A stretch of DNA of 64,000 bases from Utricularia gibba (lineage: Eukaryota; Plantae; Magnoliophyta). Where the stretch lies: NCBI GenBank assembly GCA_002189035.1, contig NEEC01000007.1:1550001-1614000 (forward strand). The letters run 5' to 3'. The notes beneath the pieces are model-generated. The model did not search any database. It had not been told where the DNA came from and was given only the letters and a program-made list of their open reading frames with translations. The stretch's first letter is position 1. Each line of letters starts with the position of its first letter. Positions 1 through 12,327 of this stretch are shown here, piece after piece. The translations under genes were made by a program, and so were the position numbers.

Positions 1-660
1 ATGCAAAAAAGGAACCCTTTAGCGTGGACGGAGTAAATGCCCTGGGCTGGGGTCTTATGTTATTTAATGCTTCATACTTTCCTGTTGGCTTGTACCCCCT
101 AGTTGCGTGTTGGAATTTCCCGCAGGTGGTTGTTGCTGGAGAAATTGTGTTCAGCTTCTTCCCTGCTGTGCTATAAGCTCCTCAATTTATTAGAACATAT
201 TATGATTGATTTTATCCGGACATTAGTCGGCCGCATGAATCTCTTCATTTCTAGTTTGATTAGTAGTCTCTTAGTTGCTCCATACGTTTTTAATCTTGAA
301 ATCATGCTGTTCACGTAAGTTTCTAGATTTTCAGTACTTGCAAGTTTAGCCAGAAAACTTTCTGGCTCTCTTTATCTGATCTTCTCTTGTGGAAAACTTG
401 TCTGCTTTGATCGGCATTGCATTCTCATTACGCTTCATTCCGAAGAAATGCATTATAAATGACTGTTGGTCTACTTTGCAATTTGCAGCTCTGTTTTGTT
501 GATTAGCTACTAGCTCCCCGATTAAGAGAGTTCCTTGAAGACTTCTTTTTTCCCCTCACATTGGGTTGTTCTTGGATATCAAGAGAGGCTTTTTACGTGT
601 GATCCCACCATTGAAAGAGTAACTGAAGACTCGTGCAAGAGCAGAACAAATCCGGGAAAA

Positions 661-2702
661 ATGGACCTGAAATCTACCCATTCTTCCCCTGTACTAGCTG
701 ATCCTGCTCCCATGAATAACTCGAGACTAGGCCTGCGTTCTGCTCTGCTTCCATACTCAACAAATAGCTCTTCCTTCTCGTCCCCGCTTATTCTAAATGT
801 CCCAAGGAGGCGAGCTGGGACCCTCGATGATGTTCGAGCAACACTATTGGATTCTATGATATCATCTTCCCCTACCAACAACATACTCCCAAGAGAGGTT
901 CTCTCCGAATCAATGCTGCGTGATATTGATCGTGCTTATCTCAACTGGATGGTATAGTCACGGATTTGATTACTTTCTTTTGAGTTTTCAATCTTCAGTA
1001 TGTTGACAGTGATATTTGCTTTTTTGTTGGTAATGTAGCACAAATACCCGTCAGCACTTGCATCCTTCGAGATAGAAAATAGTGCCAAGGGAAAGAGAAT
1101 CGCTTTGTTTTTAGACTATGATGGAACTTTATCCCCCATCGTCGACAACCCCGATCTGGCCTTCATGTCAAATTCTGTAAGGAAACCTCTTTATGAGCTA
1201 TCTTTGTTATAGAACAACTTGACTTTAAAACATGGGATTTTCTTAAACTCCTGATGCCTAGAAAATGATCTATAATTGTGCTTGTTTGTAGATGCGGGCT
1301 GCTGTCCAGAATGCGGCCAAGCACTTTCCCACGGCCATAATCAGTGGAAGAAGGCGTGACCAGGTGATGCATGAATTGATTTGTCGAACCTTGTCCTTTT
1401 CCAGAGCATTGAGTAATATTGCATTTTCTGTCGCTACTTCAGGTGTACGAGTTTGTTGGACTAACTGAACTGTATTATGCTGGAAGTCATGGAATGGACA
1501 TCATGTGCCCAGTTCAGACTGATAGCAGCAGCAATGAAGGGTGCATCAGATCTACTGATAAGCAGGTAACAGCTTTGAAATCTTTCTCCTTTGTATTAGC
1601 ACAAGGCTTGAATCTTAGTTCTTTGCGTCATGAATTTTCATACCCTTTTTTTCCCGAAGGGCAAAGAAGTTAATCTATTCCAGCCTGCCCGTGAATTTTT
1701 ACCAGTCATCAACAAGGTACACTATCTTTCGATTCAACTCGTCCGTAAGTTCAAAGACTGGCTTATCCCTCATTCTAAAATGCCTTACTGTTCCATTCAC
1801 ACCAGGTCTTTGACTCCCTTGTTGAGGTCATGAAAGATATTCCTGGCACAAAAGTGGAGAACAATAAGTTCTGTGTGTCTGTGCACTATCGCAATGTGGA
1901 CCAAGACGTAATATAATCTTTTATCCTTCCCTTCAAGGTTTAGATAACCGCTTCTTGATCCATTCTTCATATCCTGATTCATTCAAGCTTTCTTGTGTCT
2001 TAAATTCTTGATTCCAGAAATGGGATACGGTGGGCCAATATGTTCTGGATATTCTGAAGCAGCATCCTCGTTTGAAGTTGACACACGGCCGGAAGGTAGC
2101 CATCCTAGCCTTTCATTCCTTTTCCTTTAGATTGCCCTGAATTTATACCATCTTCTATTTCAGGTTTTAGACATCAGACCTGTTCTCAGCTGGGACAAGG
2201 GTAAAGCCGTCGAGTTTCTCTTGGAATCACTTGGTGAGTGTCTGTCTAGTCTAAGCTTGGTCTCTGAAAGCATGAAGCGTGTTGCTTTGTAATGGACTTT
2301 CATGCACACGATAACATTTCAGGGCTAGCAAACCGTGATGACGTGCTTCCCATATACGTGGGTGATGACCGGACTGATGAAGATGCATTTAAAGTAAACC
2401 TCCCATTTTTTTATCTCAAATCACATACATGTCTTTCTTCAACATTGGGGACTCAACTCAACTTTGGCAGATCTTGAGAGAGGGAAACAGAGGGCTCGGC
2501 ATTGTAGTCTCGTCTTCTCCAAAGGAAAGCAGTGCGTTCTACTCACTAAGAGATCCCTCAGAGGTAATCAATCAATCAATCGAATCTCCCTCCCTTCAAG
2601 TTTGTCTCATGACATGCCTCATATCTTGGATGGATGCTGCAGGTCATGGAGTTCCTGAAGATGCTGGTGATGTGGAAAGAAAAGAGCAGCAGCAGCCCAT
2701 GA
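661..2702 (+). CDS. TPP: Trehalose-6-phosphate phosphatase, TPPA-like (11 coding exons)
   Basis: Starts [12 protein letters not shown]; HAD motif [47 protein letters not shown] exons join in frame; stop TGA at 2700-2702. Confidence 0.95.
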
Positions 2703-3646
2703 GATGATCATCCCCTCCTTCCCTGACGCTCGCCTGTGATTACAACAATGCAAGATCAAGATGGACAGACGCTTCCCATCGTAGGCACTGATCAACAGCA
2801 GAACATAGCCTTGGCTCTGCCTCCCTGCTTCCCTCACTAGCGTTCGTTCTTTTGTTCCTTCATTATCGTCCTCCCCTGATCCTTGCACATTCCATGTCAT
2901 TATCATCCTGTCTTAACATTACAGATTTAAAAGGAATAAACAACACACGGAGATGGCACCTTCCCTGTAACCAGAATCTGAATGAACATCGTTTAAAATA
3001 TTAAATTTCAAATGCATCGTCAAGAAAGCTGATAAATTGCCGGCAGGCAGTTGCATCAATAGTTGAAAGCGAGTCTGTAGGCAAGGATTGAGGGAGAGAG
3101 AGATGATGGGCTTTTGAAAATGAAAGAACATGTTAGGAGGGGCCGGGCAGCAGGAAAATTTGACCGTTGGTTTAGCGGGTTGTCCAGGACACAGACAGAC
3201 CGGCTGTAGCCGGTTGCCTTTTTGAATTCCTTTGATAAAGCAGGTAATTAATCATGAATTGTGCTTTTGGGAAGTGTTTGTTAACACTCCTGTATCCATC
3301 CCTCCTGGAATGATTGTTGACCGGCTAGAGAGGTAGCTGGTAAGAGTAAACGCGTATGACGCCCCGCATTTCAAAGAACCCAGTAAGGGAATTTCAAAAA
3401 AAGTAAAGGCGAGTACACCACCCCACTGCCGCGTTCCCATTTGCTACTCTCTTTTCTCTGCTCTGTGGAGTTTTGAGGTTCGATAAAAAGGGTTTCTTCA
3501 CAACTTTTCTTTTCTTGTTTGCCACTGCCTTTCAAGAATCTCGTCAATTCATTTCCAATTAAGGAGCTATGTAAATTAAAGCAGAGTACTGAGACTTGGA
3601 TATTCTGGGGGTACTTTCGGGCTTTAGTTCTTCAGGGACTCAGGAA

Positions 3647-6440
3647 ATGGGAGCGCTTGGGTCTTTGATCTTCTGTATTTGGGTTAGTTTGGTGGTGGGG
3701 ATGTCGTTTGCGGCAGACCCATTTGCGTTCTTCGACATGGAGTTCACTTACGTTACTATTTCTCCACTCGGAGTTCCTCAACAGGTTAACGGTCATTCTG
3801 GACTTTGCATTGTTTATTTTCATTACCTATGTCCTAAGTTCTTGATTTCATGTATCGTTCATTGTTGTCTATTCACTTAGTGCCCAAAGCATATCCTGGG
3901 TTATACATCTCTCATGCATTTAAGCATTAAAGTTTCTACCTTTGCCGTTTTTGTTCCTTATCTTCAGCGTCTTCCAATCGTAAAAAAGGGAGATTTTTGG
4001 CCTTGATTTAAAAGATTCGTCATTCCTTGATTCAAGTATGCACTTTTTTTTTCCAGTCAGTAATGCCTATAAATGTCTCGTCTTTTTTATGTTTTAAAGT
4101 ATATTTTGGCCCGTAACCTGCCTAAAGATATGCATGCTGGTTAATGCTTGAGAATCTTGCTTATCGATTGGTTATTTTTGGGGACGTAGTGACTGTATCA
4201 ATTATTATTCTATTTTGTAGGTTATAGCGGTTAACGGGATGTTCCCAGGTCCTGTTATAAACGTTACTACGAACTACAATGTTGTGGTAAATGTGAAGAA
4301 TAGGTTAAACGAGAATATGTTAATCACATGGTATGTATTGTACCTAGTGTTCCTCTGTGATTGAATTTCTAGTTGTCTTTTTCCTTTACAGGAAATGATT
4401 GATCTTGTACTTTCAGGCCTGGCATTCAAATGCGTCGCTCCTCGTGGCAGGATGGACTTCTTGGTACAAATTGTCCAATACCCCCAAGAAGGAACTGGAC
4501 CTATCAGTTCCAAGTGAAGGATCAGATTGGTAGCTTCTTTTACTTCCCATCATTGAACCTGCAGAGGGCTTCTGGTGGCTTTGGACCTTTTGTTATAATG
4601 AACCGAATTATCATTCCAGTCCCTTTTTCTACACCTGATGGAGAAATCACTATCATTATTGGTGATTGGTATGTACGAAGTCATGTGGTATGTGATCATA
4701 TGGCATAGGCTATTTTTTTTTTTTTTTTAATTTGTGTGCAGTGTTACTCCACAGCATCACATCTATCTTGTTTCATTTGTAACTTATTAGGCATTGAGAA
4801 CAGAACTTGACAATGGAAACGAGTTGGGTGTGCCAGATGGTGTTCTCATAAATGGGAAAGGCCCATATAGATATAACACAACTTTGGTTCCTGAGAACAT
4901 TGAATATGAAACCATAAATGTTGATCCTGGTAAGCCTTTGGTTCAGGTTTGCTTTTATTGTCCTTGAGATCATTCTGAGCTGCTCTTCTGTGTTTTTTTT
5001 TTTTTTTTTTTTTGGCTTTTTTTTATATATTTTCCCTTAATCGCAGGCAAAACATATCGTCTCCGAGTGCATAATGTAGGAACCTCAACTTGCTTGAACT
5101 TCAGGATTCAGGACCATAATTTGCTTTTGGCGGAAACAGAGGGCTATTACACGTCAATGCAGAATTACAGTAGTATGGACATTCATGTTGGCCAATCTTA
5201 TTCTTTTCTTCTGTCCACGGATCAGAATGCAAGCAGCGATTATTACATCGTGGCTAGTGCTAGGTTTGTGAATGGATCACTCTGGCAGAGAGTAACTGGT
5301 GTTGCAGTTTTGCATTATTCAAATTCCAATGGACCTGTTTCCGGACCACTTCCAGACCCCCCAAATGATGTCTATGACACAACCTACTCCCTGAACCAGG
5401 CCATGTCTATCAGGTACATCTGCATATTTACTCATCCTAATTTGGCTTCTATCTCATGCCTTGTAATAATGGTCAGGCAAAATGGTTCTGCAAGTGGAGC
5501 TCGTCCTAATCCACAAGGTTCATTTCATTATGGATCCATCACTGTAACGGATGTTTATATTCTTAGAATTCAACCTCCAACCTTGATTGATGGGAAATCC
5601 AGAGCGATGTATAATGGAATCTCATTTGCGAATCCTGATACACCAATAAACCTTGCTGATGCATACAATGTCAGGGGTGCTTACAAGCTTGATTTTCCAA
5701 CTCAGCCTTTTGATCGACCACCCATCGTTGACACTTCTGTGATCAATGCTACTTACAAAGGCTTCATAGAAATAATACTGCAGAACAATGACACCGTTTT
5801 GCAAACGTTTCATCTCAATGGTTACTCATTTTTTGTGGTCGGGTAATGTGCTAAAAACTGTAGTATTCCAGTGGCTGTTCATTATCTCAATGTTGGTGGC
5901 TCTAGTCTTATAGAATGCTGTATTTTCAGGATGGGTTTTGGTGTATGGAGTGAAAACAGTAGAGGTTCTTACAACCGGTGGGATGCAATATCCCGGTCAA
6001 CGGTGCAGGTTTGTACAAGTTTAGTTGCTTTGCCACACTGGATGCACTAACTGGCTCTGTGGCCAGGTATTTGCTGGAGGTTGGACGGCTGTATTTGTGT
6101 CTCTAGACAACGTCGGCATTTGGAATCTGAGGAGTGAAAACCTGGATAGATGGTATCGTGGACAAGAAACCTACATGAGGATAATTAATCCTGAAGATGA
6201 TAGTGGCAACAAAACAGTGATGCCTGTACCTGACAACGCCTTCTACTGCGGTGCCTTGAGCAATCTGCAAAGGTATAACATACAAATGCATCACTAACCC
6301 TGAGAAAATACACAACTGATGCATGCACCTCATCTTTCAGGAACCACATATCTTCTGCTTCGCCTGCTGGACTCGTACCCTTGGGACTGCTCATATTTGT
6401 GTTGGCATTCTCATATGTGACGATTCATAGGTACCATTAG
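3647..6440 (+). CDS. SKS: SKU5/SKS-family GPI-anchored multicopper-oxidase-like protein
   Basis: Signal peptide then AADPFAFFD..SPLGVPQQV; NGMFPGP; QDGLLGTNCPIPP; KDQIGSFFYFPS; FHLNGYSFFVVG (copper ligands degenerate, as typical for the family); hydrophobic GPI-type C-terminus; stop 6438-6440. Confidence 0.93.
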
Positions 6441-8179
6441 ACTCAACTCTGAGATTGTGAAGCAAGCACCATTTTGTCCTAAGATTGTTGGCTTATAAGT
6501 TGCCTTATAAGTGTTGATGTGCGCAAACAAGGTGATTGAGATTTATCTACTTTTTCTTAGGTAAAAGTCGCTTTACAGGAAAGAGAAGAATCATCATTGT
6601 GTATGTCATGTGACCAAAATGAATGAAAGATGAGGCTAGTTGCTAAACATCAAGCATTCAGCAAGAGCATGCTGTCTCCTTTTTATCTACTCTATGTCAC
6701 CCAAAATTGTATTTGGTTTATGACAAAAGAAACGCATACGGTTTAGAGCTGAGGTGAATCCCAAGTGGAAAATGGAAAAAAGCAATCACTAGAGCTTCTT
6801 TTGACACAAAATTTCATGCTTCCACCCCAGTACCAGACAACCTATTTATCTGATCACGCTCTTGCTGCATGCGCTCCCCCCTTTGTATCTATCTCTTCTT
6901 TTGTGTATCTATCCATCAATGCATTCATATTAATATGCACATGCCCTTACTCAGAACATCCCATTCTCATCCTTCTCTTCCCATTCTTTCTATCCATGTT
7001 CTCCGTCTGCCTTTCCTTGGAATAGCTCTCTACTTGGCTTCCCATGAACCATGAAATCAAAGGTCCTTGCGTTCCAGTTTCTGGGTAACGATCCCACTTT
7101 TCTTCTTTCATCGTCTTTCTGCTTGGCCACCATACATGCTGCTGCAAGTACTGGCTCATATCCACCCACAAGTGAAGCTGAAGATTGTGCTGACTTATGA
7201 GTATGCCAACTAATCGGTTCTCATAAACCATGTTCCTTATATTTGTTTTACAATCATGCGATTATACGAGTTGTTTTCTTCTTTTGGCAACAAAAAGAAT
7301 GTCATTAGGAAATGAGCAATCAGGTTTACAGCTCGCACTCCACTCTTTATTGATGTACAACGAAGCTTGTTTCCAACATGTTGCTAGCTTCTCTTTGAGT
7401 TCTCTTACATGTAAAGCATAAGAAAGCTCCTTGAGTAAAGGACCACCGCCCCCAGCTACACACCAGTCCCTCCTTCCAAGCGACGTTACAGAAAGAACTA
7501 CTAATGAGGTTTGGTTAGTGTGATCTACCCATCAGAGCAAAAAGACGATGTTTTCATCAAGGAATGCATGTCTACGAACTCAAAACTTGGGAATGGGGTC
7601 TATCGTCATTTGCCCATCTTGAGTGAGTTATCATCCAATGACAGTGATAAATGAGATTGCTTTTAACCTCACAGGGGTTCCCCACTTCACTAAAACTTTC
7701 AGAAAAATAGTTGAATGGATGACTCAGTTGTGCTAATGAGTCCTAATGTTGTTCTGATAAAAACCCTAAATTTATACAATCTAAGCATTCTGTGCTCATG
7801 TTCACTATTGACATCCATTTCTTCAAGATGCAGAATAATGTTTTTGAAGTGGAGTGTAGAACACTCTTACAAATCCATGTTTTGTTCCTATTTAGAAAAT
7901 GATTGAACCAATTGACCTACAGGGGTTTTCTTTATATTTGCATTTATGTTTGTTCATGTAATAAAGGCGAAATCTTGAGAACAAATAGGGTGAAATATGA
8001 AGGTAAAATAAGATACACAATGGATCATTACAGTAGCATCATTGAATCCTATTAATGTGTATTGCAAGATCAATAGTTAGTTATATTCTCCCAGTTATCT
8101 ACATGAAACCTTCCTTTAAGGATAAATCCTGAAACCTTCAACTCCACCTCCAGCACCTGTATATTCTTACAGATTCCAT

Positions 8180-9312
8180 TCACTTCCACACATCATCAAC
8201 GAGCTGATTTGAAGCAGAAGCGGAAGTGTTGTTGTCATGCTTTTCCATGAAGGGATTCATCTCCTCGCCGCGGCTGAATACATCATTTTCATCGTGGCTG
8301 AGCTGAGAGGCCACGAACTTGTCAAGAACCCTCCAGTCAGTAACATAATCATTAGAAAGATCACCATTGTTTATTGCAGGAGCTGAGCTGAAGTTGTTGG
8401 TGCCAAGGGCTTGGAATTGCTTTTCATGGCTGATCTCGTGGACCGGGCCGAAAGATGGAATCGGGATTTTGGGGCTTTCTAGAAATGGGAGATGGAGGTA
8501 GTGATCAGGTGGAAGCTGCATTCCGCTTCTTGCATACTGCAATTCCATTTCAGTCTTGCAGTAACTGTGGGGACGATGATGGACAGCATTGGGCTTTGGT
8601 GAATCCATGTCTGGCATGAAGGAGACATGATCATCGTACCAAATCGGAGAATCTTGCTCCGAAAATTTTCGTGTTGTTGCTGCTATTCTCTTCTTGAACA
8701 CCCTGCAAACCACCCACCCTTCCTCCTGCATTCACATAAGAAACGCATCATCTCGCAAAAACCTACTGCAACATGATTACTGCTGCAATAAACTCACCTG
8801 TGGAGCTGCATTTTCATCGGTTTCAAGGCGATATTCGTGCATGATCCAGTCCGATTTCTGGCCACTAGGAGCTCTTCCTTTGTAGAACACAAGGGTTTTC
8901 CTCATACCAATCAGCTCATGCTTGGAGTAAATAGCTTTATCACGTCCAGTCGCCTTCCAGAATCCGACCACCGTGGCCCGATTCGTCCTCGTCCCGGTTG
9001 GATATTTCTTATCCTTGTGACTGAAAAAGTACCATTCGTTCTGCTCCTCGCTCCCTATTCTGCAAAGCGCTGTAACCAGCAACACAAAAGGTGTTATCGA
9101 TATCTCATGCCTTTGAAGAGCTTGCTAAATGATGAAACACTTCTGCTCCAACCTTGTAAATCCCATGGCTCAATCTTGTAGAGATCGACGTCTCTGATCA
9201 CGTCTACGTCGATCCGACGAGAAGTCACCTTCCTCCTCAAGTAATAATCCACAAGTTCCTCATCTGTGGGATGGAATCTGAAGCCTGGAGGAACCTGAGA
9301 AAATGCATTCAT
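8180..9312 (-). CDS. VND: NAC transcription factor, VND (xylem vessel regulator) subgroup, 3 exons
   Basis: [51 protein letters not shown], and the VND-type C-terminal motif [14 protein letters not shown]. Confidence 0.95.
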
Positions 9313-10758
9313 CCTTTCCTGCAAATCCAAAACCTCTCTATCACCACATCAACTCGCAAATGCACACAAAAGTAAAGTACAGTAGTTGTTTTTTCCACCA
9401 ATCAGATAGAATAAGAACAAGATCATCTATTCTAAAGTACTGGGCAACAAACCGTGAAAAAAAAGAAGAATAGAGAACTGGAACTGAGATGAAAAAATGG
9501 ATCCAATCCCAGAAAACCAACAAACAAACAATAACCGTGGCATAAAAAGCACAGCTGCGGGACGGAAACAGCTGCTCTTGGGTTGGATTCAAGGACTGGT
9601 TGAAGAAGATGCAAAACAACGGATGAAGGCCAAGAAGCAAGAGCTTGTATATGTCTGTCTGAGTGTGCGTATAAATGTACAAATATTTATATAAGAGGAG
9701 AAGGAGATGAGAAGAAAAAAAAAGGTGTTAAAATGAAATGGGAAAGAGAGAGAAAACCCTAATGAGCATGAGTCGTGGGTGGTGAAAAGCAAAGCTTCCT
9801 TTGAGCACCAGAAAAAAGAGGCACCGCCATTGATGGAGATGGATGAGAAGGAGAATGCTCTCTTCCCACTTTCTGTGAACCCCAATACCCCTTGTGCTCA
9901 TTATCACTTGATTTTTGTTTTAGGCATGATTCGAGTTATGGGAAGAAGGGCCGCTGCGTATGATGGTACGAACAACAGACACAGGTGCAAAAACACCAAC
10001 ACCATGATTAGATCAGTATGATCTGCATACCATCCTACATAATACAATCCATTAGGGTTTCTGCCTTTGCTACAGACAACGAGTTACTACTCATCACACT
10101 TCACCCACCTTTCATCTACTTACTGTTTATATTGTGGATGGAATGTATTACAAAATTGACTACTGTATTTTAAGTATGTAAGAAAAATAATCATCGTATG
10201 TGTAAGAATATTATTCTTAGTTTGGGTTTGAAAAATGTTTACTGACCAAATTTTTAGTATAAAGTGTTGAATTGAATATTTAGATTTTTTTTAAAAAAAT
10301 ATTTACTAATTTTAATTATGATGGCATCGTGATTTATATATATAATACATGGAGTTTGTCGCGTTGGCGTAGGGACGCGGGCAGGCGGGTTTATCCACCG
10401 TGACCAAGAGAGTGATGGGACCGACCAAAGGATGAAAGGGGGGCCCACCGGGGCCGTGTCCTGCTCCATGGGCCCCGAAACTGCGCACGGGTCTCAATTA
10501 TTAATCTATATGAGTTAATAAATTAATCCACAGCCCTGTTTTTTTTGTAATTGGAGTGAATCAAATGCTTTCAAAATGGTGCTCGTACTTGAATTTTATT
10601 TAGAAAAATGGTCGTTGTCACATTATCTTTCATATATTTGAATAAAAAATACATATGATTTGATCATTTTTTTCACACAATATCTGATATTGACAAATAC
10701 CTAAATTTCTAATTCATTCCTTAAACTAGCCAGGCTTTGACTGGTAGGGTGCGCGTAA

Positions 10759-10966
10759 CTAGGGTTGATGATTGAGGAATAGACTAGGGGGGTGGCAGGC
10801 AGGGCAACGAAGCATCCATCTTCTTCTGCCTCGTCATGGAGACGCTTCGCTTCCACCACCGGCCTTCATCATTACCCAACTCCTCTACCCAGTTCTTTTC
10901 TTACCGCTCTTTTTCTGCTGCCACTGCTATTCGTGTCTTAAGGTGGGAACGAACTGGGTGTCCCAT
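10759..10966 (-). pseudogene. Possible highly decayed PMEI/invertase-inhibitor fragment
   Basis: Minus frame reads RSHLKTRIAVAAEKER*EKNWVEELGN..KRSVSM, echoing PMEI LKPRE..AMRDCVEELGD. Weak similarity, supported mainly by its position. Confidence 0.25.
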
Positions 10967-11754
10967 TCAAAATTCTCCCCAGCTGAGAATTGGAGCATAT
11001 TGCCGCCGCTTCGGTTCATTCTTTATTTTTATTTGCTTTTTTTTTTTAAATTCAGAGGTATGCACCTACCAAATCGCGACTTCAATTCGCCAAATCATGA
11101 TCCATGTTGAATATTTGAACTGTAACGTTCCAATTAGTATTTGTCATAATTTGCAAAGTGAAACAGCGTCCCAATTTTTGTAACATTACAAATGAACTCA
11201 AATCAAATTCGAGTAAAAAATATTGGACTTGTTCCGTACAAATACGAGTTACTTATACTTGTTTCATATGAGTAAACTCACGAGTTACTCTAATTAACAG
11301 GGATTCGTGTCTTGGTCTAGCCTTCAATAGTGGATTTCAACTTGGTGTGTGGTTGTTTATTATGTGGTTTTTACGAAAAATATATGATTTTAGTAAGTGA
11401 TGTGTCGGTCAACTACCGGCAGTGGGGCCCGTTAATTCATTCCTTGTCAACTCACACTCGTACGTGGCAACGTCTGGTTGGAGGGGTGGCGAAGTAGCCA
11501 GCAGGGAGTTGCCACGCCACACAGACTACCCCCAATATTCACGGGGGGTAGGAGCCTGGATTGCTTGTTGAACTGATTAGATGGATTGTGCGATACGATA
11601 CCAATTAATAATAGAATCATTTCATTATAAGTATATTATAAAAGATAAAAAAAATTATTTAAATTTTTATGAAAATTGTTGAATCGTCATAGATTCGAAA
11701 TTGAATCCATCAAACTTCAAATCCAATTTTGGTTTTAAAACTGTTTTTGAACGG

Positions 11755-12087
11755 AAAGGATTCCCTCATCACGCTCCGAACCGAGTTCTTGACCCGCCCC
11801 GAGAACCAGGTATTGTAATCAACCCCTCAAAACGTCTCAGCTTCTCCCCCCATCGCCGTAGCCGATCCACGCTGACTCAGACAATCCCTCACGGCGGCGC
11901 GCTCCATGGGCCTCAGGAGTGCGAAACTCATCAAATTCGAAACCAATGCCTCACGGATCGAGCTCTTTGCTGCAAGTGCCGCCCACGCGAGCCGCCGCGG
12001 ATTTATCCGGATCGCGGAGGAGTGAGTATCCTCGAAACGGGAGCCATGGCATTTATTCTTGGGAGTAAATTCATAGTCCAAGGCCAT
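11755..12087 (-). pseudogene. Pectin methylesterase inhibitor (PMEI) pseudogene or truncated remnant
   Basis: Reads EF.KNKCHGSRF..HSSAIRINPRRLAWAAL...LRPMERAAVRDCL, then a stop, then FSGRVKNSVRSV. All pieces match the PMEI fold. No signal peptide; second and fourth Cys missing. Confidence 0.65.
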
Positions 12088-12327
12088 TCTCTCCGAGGTC
12101 TAATCAGTTCTTACCAAATTAGGGTTATAGTGAACTCAGGTCTTTCCCTTTGAGTTTGTTCTATTGGGCAAGACCAATCGAAAGTGCCAAAGGGATTGTC
12201 GAGCTGCTTCCTCCTCAACTTCTTCATACCTTAATTTGGACATGTTTAAAATCAGATGCATGTGGCCCTCAATGATGTATGTCGGAAGGGCATGCGCTGA
12301 AACATGTACCACATGGAGAATGAAGCT

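Noticed and set aside
12150-12205. TGCCAAAGGGATTG preceded by TTCTATTGGGCA, a possible MIR399 hairpin
   Set aside because: Only the first 9 nt match miR399, and the arms pair poorly over 21 nt.
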